From assembly GCF_037042905.1 (NCBI RefSeq), contig NC_087253.1, positions 16,802,001 through 16,866,000 of the forward strand: a DNA stretch of 64,000 bases. Reading direction: 5' to 3'. Every line of letters starts with the position of its first letter. Within the stretch, counting starts at the first letter, position 1. Of this stretch, positions 55,633 through 64,000 are shown piece after piece. Origin of the DNA: Lytechinus pictus (Eukaryota). A program made the translations under genes and the position numbers. Below the pieces are notes generated by a model that saw nothing but the letters and a program-made list of their open reading frames with translations, was not told the DNA's origin and did no database searches.

Positions 55633-55846
55633 CACTCTTAAAACAAATCAGTCAGATTGACTAGACCAGTAGTCAGCTGAGTGCAACTGATATGTCGGTC
55701 ACATTTCTGATGTTTATTCTATTCAGAAATAATTATGTTCTCCATAGTAAAATCAAACTAGAAAATAGTCAAATATGACTAGAATTATAGTTGCACCCAG
55801 CTAACCCGATTAACTAGTCATTTTTGACAGATTTGTTTTTAGAGCG
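55633..55846. mobile_element. CACTC-terminated MITE
   Basis: CACTCTTAAAACAAATC / GATTTGTTTTTAGAGCG, 2-bp TSD TT. Confidence 0.75.
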
Positions 55847-56428
55847 TTGAAATGATTTTTTAATTACGCTTCTTAATCATTTGTCGATATCCGCATAAAC
55901 TAAAGGGAAATGGTTAACACCAGGCAATCGAAAGGCGTGTATGTATTGAAAGTATTCTGATTTTGTTTTACACCTTTGTGTATAGTTATCTCACAAAGAT
56001 ATTCAGTTACTTCAAATTTTTTTTTTCTTTAAAAAATATGAACATTATGAATCTAGATCGTATTTTATATTTCATTAGAAACTCGTGGGAAAATCGAGAA
56101 TACCATGAATTGAAAAAATAATTTAAACATTCTGATATTTTCTTTTTATACTTACGATATATTTTTTCTCGATATTTGTAGTAGGAATTAATGGGGTATA
56201 TGTTTAACATCATGAAATCGAAATATGTATTCCAATTTTTCGGAAATTGTTTTTTTTTTTTATTATAAAATAACCTACTTTTTTTTACAGCAGATGGGCT
56301 ATTTTCAAATGAACATATTATATTCTAACTACGAGCAAAAGTCTTATCGGTTTAATTGGTCTAAATACGCCTGACTATAAAGACACATGAAATTCCACTG
56401 CACCTACAGCTGCGAGCAAGACATTTAA

Positions 56429-57025
56429 AGGGATGCTGCGGGCTGAAAATATTTATATTGAATAAGAAGAGTAAAATTCACTTAGCAAAGAGCTGAAAAT
56501 TTCATCAAAATCTGATAACAAATAACAAAGTTATTATATTTTAAAGTATAGCAATATTTTGTGAAAATAGTTATTTGCACGTCATCATAAAATATTCATT
56601 AGGTGGGCTGATTATGTCACATCCCCACTTTCTTTTTGCTTAATGTTATTACCTGAAATCATAATTGTTTCATATTTTCATACATGTGTGAACAATGTGT
56701 CTCCTTTATAACGAAATAAGTTGCAGCAATGAATTCCTAATATATTAAATCATTTTTCAATACATTTTTTTCAGTTTTTGGTAGAAAAAATTTGAACAAA
56801 CCTAATTTCATATAATAAAAAAATAAGTGGAGATGTGACATCATCAATTTGCTCATTGAATATTCATGAAGACATGCCTAGAACAGTTTCAACGGAATAA
56901 TGCAAATCTTTAAAATGCCATAAGTTTGCTATTCCTTGTCCGATTTTGATCAAATTTTTGTGTTTTGTTTGTCTGATTTTTCTTTATCTGTTAATGTCAT
57001 ATTATTTTCAGTCCGGAGTATCCCT
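56429..57025. mobile_element. Kolobok-like non-autonomous element
   Basis: TTAA|AGGGATGCTGCGGGCTGAAAATA pairs with TATTTTCAGTCCGGAGTATCCCT; subterminal AATTTCATCAAAATC / GATTTTGATCAAATT. Confidence 0.75.
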
Positions 57026-57281
57026 ATCAAAAGTACTAATTTATCCTACATAGATGACTCTATGAAAGCTGCTCAGAAATGCAAATAATAAACTCATTAA
57101 AAAATGTGACACCGTTCATTTAATTGGTTGTTCCAAGTATAATGTTAAACTCTGAATAAAATTGTGTATGTTCAATCGGCATCATTCAAAATCTTTTCGA
57201 AATTCAATCTGGTTTTTTTTTAACCTAACATTTTGGTAATACATAATATGTTACATATCTATTTTCGTTTCATTTACTTAA

Positions 57282-57672
57282 AGATAAATTCCAGTTGTGG
57301 GAACGATCTCAAAATGACTTTTTACAGAATTTAATATAATGATCACCAAAGTGTCTGTTTGTATGAATAAAAAAAATTTGCCAAAGGATTCTGGAAGAAA
57401 TTGTGTAATTGCTGAGAAATAAGCAAAATAAGCGCGGATTTGGTCACTTCCGTCGGGTCTTTATTCCAGCAATAATAATACACTGTCCCACGTGTGCCTA
57501 TCTGTGTTGGCGATCTTCAGTGTGATCGTTTTTAGCTAGATATTATGATTTCACAAAGTTCAGTTTATGTAACTGTACCAGATCTAAATCCACAATGATA
57601 TATCAATACTTTACCTTGGTTTTACAGACTTTTACGAAATCAGTGTTTTACTGCAACTACGTTCATTTACCT
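57282..57672. mobile_element. Kolobok-like non-autonomous element
   Basis: TTAA|AGATAAATTCCAGTTG...CAACTACGTTCATTTACCT|TTAA. Confidence 0.65.
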
Positions 57673-58837
57673 TTAACATGTTACGTAACAAAAATGCAAT
57701 AAAAGTATTTAAAAAAATGAAATATCTATAAAAGCAGAGCCCAGCAAAAACGAATAACGGAAACGCGTTTAGGTTACAAGAGATTTCGTCAGGAGGAAAA
57801 ATTGCGAAGCATCTGTTTAAAGAAACGACGAGTATCACTGGGCGTCCTTTTTCCACAACATTGGATCAGATTTCAGCATAAGAAGTACTTCCCATAAATA
57901 TCACCGTTTGATTCATTCAAATCAGTACTTTAAAATAAATTGAATGTTTGCATTATTCTCAAGAAACCAAATAAGATTTTTGTAGCAAAGCGCAAATTAA
58001 AATAGTCGTTAATTAGAACTAGGAGTTTACAATAATAAAACTGACATGACTGATATTGATTTCAAATATTGACTCCGGAGATAAGATTGGTATTTCATGA
58101 TAATTGACCCAAACATAATTACCACTTTCAAAGGTTTCAATTAACTATTTATTATCATACATAACAATAATGATATACAATTTTGATGGCAAGTTTTACT
58201 CCATAGCTTGATAAACCATTCTATATTCTTCGTTCAGTCGTAAATCCCTGCACTGTTCAGCTTGAAAAAGTATAAACATCAACCTTGATTCTGACTTTGA
58301 CTTTGGCATAATAATGATAATAATAATCACGGCAATTTATATTATATAGGAACAATATAATTATTACGTGATGGCGAAAGAATTGATAACAAATCAATGT
58401 AATCAGATAAATCAATTCAAATCAGGTAATCGAAATAATCATGCTGTTTTTTGTGAAAATGAGAATGACAATAAAGGTGTATTTTATAACATATAGATTC
58501 AAACTGGATTGGCTGTAAGCTTAAAAACAAATTTCTCTCCTTCCAAACTCGAGTTCAGGAGTACACCACGCTTTAAAAGATTAAATGCCATTACCGGACG
58601 CGTTAAACATCTTAAGTTGAAACGATGGTTTTTCGCATCAGTTGATATAAAATGACAATGAATAAAGATGAGACTTACTGACCGGACGGCATGAGTCGAC
58701 GAAAAACGATACGAAAACATTTATCTCATAAAAATCCAAAAACATGTCAGCCGACCTATGTCGCGAAATAAATCATTACATTAAAATAGAATGGTGATAT
58801 TGAACTACATAAATCCATAAAACAATTAGAATCTTAC

Positions 58838-59161
58838 CCTTTTGTCCGCGCCTCTCTCGTTCTTTTTTCCTTTGGGTTGATGTTTTTTTTTACAGACAGT
58901 GTCTGCTCTCCGAAATCAAGGTTCCTCGATCAGGATGAAATTCCTGTCTGATGTATCTGCTCTAACCCGCCTGAGAACCACTCTATTATTTCCAACTTCT
59001 TCTCACGTTTTCTGCCTTTTTCCTTCTATTATTCTTTACAATAAATTGTTTGTCGCCAAATAAAATTGTCCCTTACTTTTGTTGACCGCCCCGTTCGCTC
59101 GTCTCATTCACAAAAGGGCTGAGTATTCGCCTTTTCACCGTTTTCTATTCACTCGCATACT
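58838..59161 (-). other. Putative non-coding first exon (5' UTR) of an unidentified gene
   Basis: Purine-rich 324-nt stretch directly downstream of the TATA/Inr, ending at donor AGG|GTAAGA (GT at 58837-58836). It contains only two short closed uORFs (7 and 23 codons). Confidence 0.6.
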
Positions 59162-59280
59162 GCATTCGTCGCCATCGCTCGCTGCACTTTATAGCTCTTA
59201 GGCTCGTGATTGGCGCATCATAAGCAATTTCTGATTGGCTGATACACCAAAGAGTATGTATGACGTCACAATGATTCAGA
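59155..59280 (-). promoter_or_regulatory. RNA Pol II core and proximal promoter (CRE, 2x CCAAT, TATA, Inr)
   Basis: Read on the minus strand: TGACGTCA at 59261-59268, CAGCCAATCAGA (CCAAT 59234-59238), GCCAATCA (59209-59213), TATAAAG at 59187-59193 and Inr-like GCAGT with its A at 59161, 32 nt from the first T of TATA. Order and spacing are canonical. Confidence 0.75.
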
Positions 59281-60173
59281 GATCGTCGTGTAAGAAATTG
59301 GAAAAGGCTCCGAGTGTATTTTCTCCACCAAATTGAGTGGCGTGTTCAATTATTGTCGACGATTTAGTAAATTTTGTTTGAGTTTGTCTTTATCGTTATC
59401 CTTTTCCTGTTAATATTCTCTGTTTTTCTACTCCTTTCCTGCCTCTCCCTTTTTCCTTTGAAGTTATTCTTCTTTGTTAATTTTTTTATACGATTGTTCT
59501 CTTTATTCTCTCTGTAAGATTGAACGCACACAAACCCTTTCTCGCACACACACACACACACACACTCAACATCATCATTACACCCATACACACACACTGC
59601 CTCGCATCTATCCTCCCTCCTCCTCTCTCTCTCTCTCTCTCTCTCTTCTTCTTCTTCTTCTTCTTCTTCTATTATTTTCAATGACATACTATCGGTCGGT
59701 TTGGAGCCGGATTCATTGGGTTGACTGTAGCATACACGCGCAGACATCGTAAGCACATGTGACTTTCTTTCATCATCTCTTCTCACCTTTCCTCTTCAAT
59801 TCCAAAAATATTTGAATTTCGTTCCGGTCGAGTTCATTTGCGCACATTTCCCGTCAGAAGTGTGTAGGAGGAGTTTCTTATTAACAACTACTTTGCCCCA
59901 AATCAACTCCCAAATTAGACTAAAACGCGAGGCGGTTATTAAATACTATATGGGTATGCGCAAATAAACTAACCCACGTTGTACCTTGAACAGGACATGT
60001 TTATAGTAGTACTATACACTGATATACCGTGTGATAGTAATTGATTTGTGATTAGATTATAGTATGCTTATTGATTGTAATAAGAGCGTATAGGACCAGT
60101 GCAGTGATCATGGTGATTGTTTATTTTCTCACTGTTTTTTATTTGGGGAACATGAATGACATAGCTAGCAATA

Positions 60174-60452
60174 AATAATAATAATAATAATAGTTGGATT
60201 TATAAAGCGCTTTTTGCCAGAGGATACAAAGCGCTGCTATTATTACCCCGGCTTTAGCTCGAGCTACCATCACCGGCGCTCAGTGCATGCAAGGAATTAC
60301 TCCTGCCGGGTACCCATTCACCTCACCTGGGTCGAGTGCAGCACAGTGTGGATAAATATCTTGCTGAAGGAAAATACGCCATGGCTACGATTCGAACACA
60401 CGACCCTCTGTTTCAAAGGCGAGAGTCAGAACCACTAGACCACGACGCACCC
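60174..60452 (-). mobile_element. tRNA-derived SINE
   Basis: Reverse complement of the 55343 head and core, with tail AGCGCTTTG...AAAGCGCTTTATAAAT plus (TTA)n. Confidence 0.92.
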
Positions 60453-61120
60453 AAATATAACTTATATAACTTATAAATAACAAATATAACGAATACTTTG
60501 TTCTGTACTTTGATAATCGATTCGGTACGAAATATTCAGCAAATGACATGTTATAAAATGTCCCATGTTTAAGGCATTAGCGATCCATTATTTTACCTCC
60601 AGAAAATAATTTTTTCCTTTTATGTTAAAAGCTTTTGCAGTTCGACGGATTTTTTAATATACTATAATCATGCACCACATAAAACACAGAATATCTTTAT
60701 CGTAAGCAAATTTATTTTTATCTGCGTGTCTTTATATTTGTGTGTATTTCAATCGCATTTTGACATAATAAGAGTAAGTATTTTGGGATAATTTGTTTGT
60801 TCATTGTCATGAAGGTTATTTGATAATATACTGCTTCAACCTTTTCCATCGTTTCGAATACACCTGTATTTGTTAGTACAATCCAACACAAGTGCATTAT
60901 TTTTCCATCTTTTTAACATGACTGATGCAAGAGTACAGTGTGAGGCAACGTTATGCACAAATTCAGGCAAGAAGATTAAACTTGGAAGATTTCGGTCGAA
61001 AGGAGGGGAGAGGGGATAGAGGGGATGGTATCGCACATTGCTTATCGTTGGCATAAGAATCTGGTAGCAAATTATTAGGAGTGTTTCGCTTTGACGACAC
61101 ATGACGAATTAAAAAACATA

Positions 61121-61358
61121 CACTGTAAAAACTGCGGTGTTAAAACTGGCACCAGTTGGTGTTAATGGAGGACCACACCCCGAGGTGTTAAAATTACACC
61201 CTAGAGATTGAACATAACACCAAAAAGTGTAAATGTAACAACCAAATGTGTTGTAATAACACTTATAGGTGTTAAACTAACACCACCAATTTAACACCGG
61301 TGTAAAATAACTGGTGTGGTCCTCTATGTACACCGGTTAACACCACAGTTTTGCTGTG
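61121..61358 (+). mobile_element. CACTG/CACAG MITE
   Basis: TA|CACTGTAAAAACTGCGGTGTTAA...TTAACACCACAGTTTTGCTGTG|TA. Confidence 0.9.
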
Positions 61359-61374
61359 TAGAAAATGTACTGTC

Positions 61375-61570
61375 GAATGCCCTTCATTACAATGGACAAC
61401 CAAGAAGTCTTTGTCGAAATCGGTGAATCAAAACAGCAGCTTGGTCTTTGGCTCTGGACAAACGACCTATTTGCATTCTTTCCTAAACTCCGAGACTTAG
61501 GACGAAACTGCTGTTCCCGTTCACCAATTTTCTACAAAGACCTCTAAGCTGTTCATTGTCAATGACGGGC
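61375..61570 (-). mobile_element. Dispersed repeat of the 22880 family
   Basis: Reverse complement of 52460-52660 (AAGAAGTCTTTGTCGA, TGACGGGCA). Confidence 0.7.
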
Positions 61571-61709
61571 AATTAAAATGGATTTACTGTGTTCTTTAAT
61601 CTTACGTTCATCGCAGAGCAAAAACTCCCTATGTACCTAGACAGCTGCGCTAGATTTCTCAATTTCATGGGTAACCGAGCTTGTTTTTTATATATTTTTT
61701 TTGGTATTA

Positions 61710-62320
61710 AGTAGTTTTTATTGACAACTTCAATTCATATACAAAATAAAATATATATAACAAATAGAAGTTTGATGTCTTTACAAATTGATAAATACCT
61801 TGACAACTCATAAATTTAACAAAAAAAAATTTCTTGAATGTTACAATAAAACACAATAATGTCAGACATCTTCTAAAACATAATTATAAATAACATTGAT
61901 AATAATAATATGCATTAAGAATAAACTTCTACAATAAATTCAACATATTGAATTTTTTTTCAGTGTCAAGTACACAAAAATAAATCATTAATAAAACCTA
62001 ACGAATTGAAGCCATCAGCATATTTTTTTAAACCCATCGCCTCGGCCTCTTCACTCAAATAAAATCAATCTCAACAACAAACTCAGCCCTTGACCCTACC
62101 CCCCTCCCCCGACCCTCCCTAAAACACCCCCATCCCCTATCCGGTGGAGAGCTGGCTCTGGGCTCCAATAAATGGTCTAATAATTAAGTTTTCCCATTTA
62201 GAGAAATGGATTGTAAGAGTCCCCCTCTTTGTTGCTAAATTCTTTTCTTCTCATTGATCCCCCCTAATACTATTTTTTATTTCATTCAATGAAGGAGGTT
62301 TTTTTAATTTGCTGCATTAA
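61710..62320 (-). mobile_element. L1/Tx1-like LINE 3' end
   Basis: Minus-strand remnant PPSLNEIKNSI...(frameshift)...KNLATKRGTLTIHFSKW resembles the Tx1 ORF2 C-terminus (EK.IA.K.G.L..H..KW). A G-rich then T-rich UTR and AATAAA near 61717 follow. Confidence 0.65.
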
Positions 62321-63789
62321 ACCGATTAAAGGTCAAGCGCGTTTTATTCCCTCTTTTTTTTAAAGAAATGTTACGATGAAATGAAATTTTCACGCAAACA
62401 ATGCATACAGATAGCAGAAAAGCAAGTGTAATGACCCGATCTAAAACGTCTAAAGATTGATGATTTTAGATTATCCTTCAACTGTTATCAGTTGACTCCG
62501 AGATGGATTTGTGTGCGATCGTCAATGATTGGGTGATCGATCGCAATGTCGCTTTGGTCATATCAACTACACCGTCTGCAAAGTATACGTCAATATCACT
62601 TGGTTGTTATCTTTAGAACAGCAACAGTTTAAGTTGTCTAGCAAAAGGATGGTGTACAAAAATTAGACATTTAGTGGTAACGGAGGGTTGATAGGGAATC
62701 GATATAGAAATTGATCAAATTTTGTTAAGACACAATCGAGAAATAGGCTACAGCAAAAAAATAATAAATGCAGACTGAAATCAAAACAGTTCAATTAATT
62801 AAAAAATCTATGAAACATCGAACGATTTATCGAACAACAGACTCAAGTTATATTTCGACGATCATTGATTAAATTATGATAAAATTAATAAGAATACTTG
62901 CCCTTGAGTGAATAGAACAAAATAATGTCACGAGGAATGCTTTATTTTTCACGTAGCCTCTCGTGTAAATAATTTTCAAAGCTGAGAAAGCAATTTTTGT
63001 TATTTTTCATTAATTGTTATTACCATCACTTCACAAAAAACACAAAAATAAATCATTATACATTTACTTTCATTCAGAGAATTTTGAATTTTACGTTGCT
63101 GAGTAGAGTATGCTATTAAATTATCTACTTCACTTTAAACTTATATAGTTTACTATTCTGAACAGCAATATGCCTTATCATTTTTTTAAATTAAATTCAT
63201 TCCTCAAAATTGAAATAAAATGATCTGACGGACATTTTAGCAAAGCAAAAGTATAAAATTGGATTGTCACAGTGCAAAGAATAAATTGGAAAAAGAGAAT
63301 ATATAATACAGAACAGAGGGTTTACATCCTTGTTCCTGAATAATAACTCCATGTTTGTTACATTTAGGGGAATGTTTTTATTCCAAATGACCGATTTTAC
63401 TCCATAATTCCTTTCTTGCAAGGAGAGCTAAAAACTGTTTCATGTTGAAATAACGCCTGTCAGTCTGATAATACACGCTCCTATTCTCCTTTACTCCGGC
63501 ATGTTCCGTTATGTTACCAGGCATGAACATCATCGTTTGACATTGAAATCAGACTTTCGGTGATCTGTAAACACAAATGGCGGCGCCACGGCGGTGGCTG
63601 ACCACCCCAACCCCCCCCCCCCTCCCCCATTTTTTTTTTAATACTAGTAACAATAAAAAATAGTAGAAAAGTAGAATAACAAGGAACGAGAAGGCAAAGT
63701 TTAATTTATTACTCAAGATCGAGGACTGTGTTTCATTGAATTATATTATGATTTAGTCTGTTATGCATAATTTTAATGGATTTCTTACA

Positions 63790-64000
63790 GAAAGTTTCTG
63801 ACAAACATATGCTGATAATCAAAATATATAATATTTTCATTTTTGAAAAATTACATCACCATATTCCCGCAAATTTTAATTTATTTAGAAGATAAATATT
63901 AATTGGAATAATTACTATTAGAATACTTAGGGAATTTTCTGACAAAATTTTCTGATTAAAATCTATAATACTTTCATTAAAAATAATTACATCACCATAT
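63790..64000. repeat. Tandem repeat of about 136 bp running off the window end
   Basis: TTTCTGACAAA and ATTACATCACCATAT each occur twice (the latter at 63850 and 63986). Confidence 0.75.

Overview
This is AT-rich, repeat-dense eukaryotic (metazoan) genomic DNA. The mix of tRNA-head SINEs, palindromic MITEs and (CA)/(GA)/(TAG) microsatellites resembles sea urchin or other invertebrate deuterostome genomes; that attribution is an inference. I found no intact protein-coding ORF, rRNA, tRNA, CRISPR array or prokaryotic system, and nearly all track ORFs are low-complexity or repeat artefacts. The best host-gene signal is a compact minus-strand Pol II promoter (CRE, two CCAAT boxes, TATA, Inr; start near 59161) followed by a non-coding first exon ending at an AGG|GTAAGA donor at 58838. 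Most of the window would then be long 5' intron sequence of an unidentified gene, with a few candidate small exons and regulatory motifs (RFX X-boxes, CREs, CTCF-like, E2F-like). The rest is transposon-derived: a solo LTR, LINE 3' fragments (L2, CR1-group, Tx1-like), three SINEs, and Tc1/mariner, hAT, Harbinger-like, Kolobok-like, CACT-type and foldback non-autonomous elements, plus minisatellites and one assembly gap. I cannot support a claim of a new biological system. The observations most worth checking are candidate recursive/micro-exon splice sites, a perfect 118-bp palindrome, a covarying LINE hairpin and a dispersed ~100-bp hairpin family.
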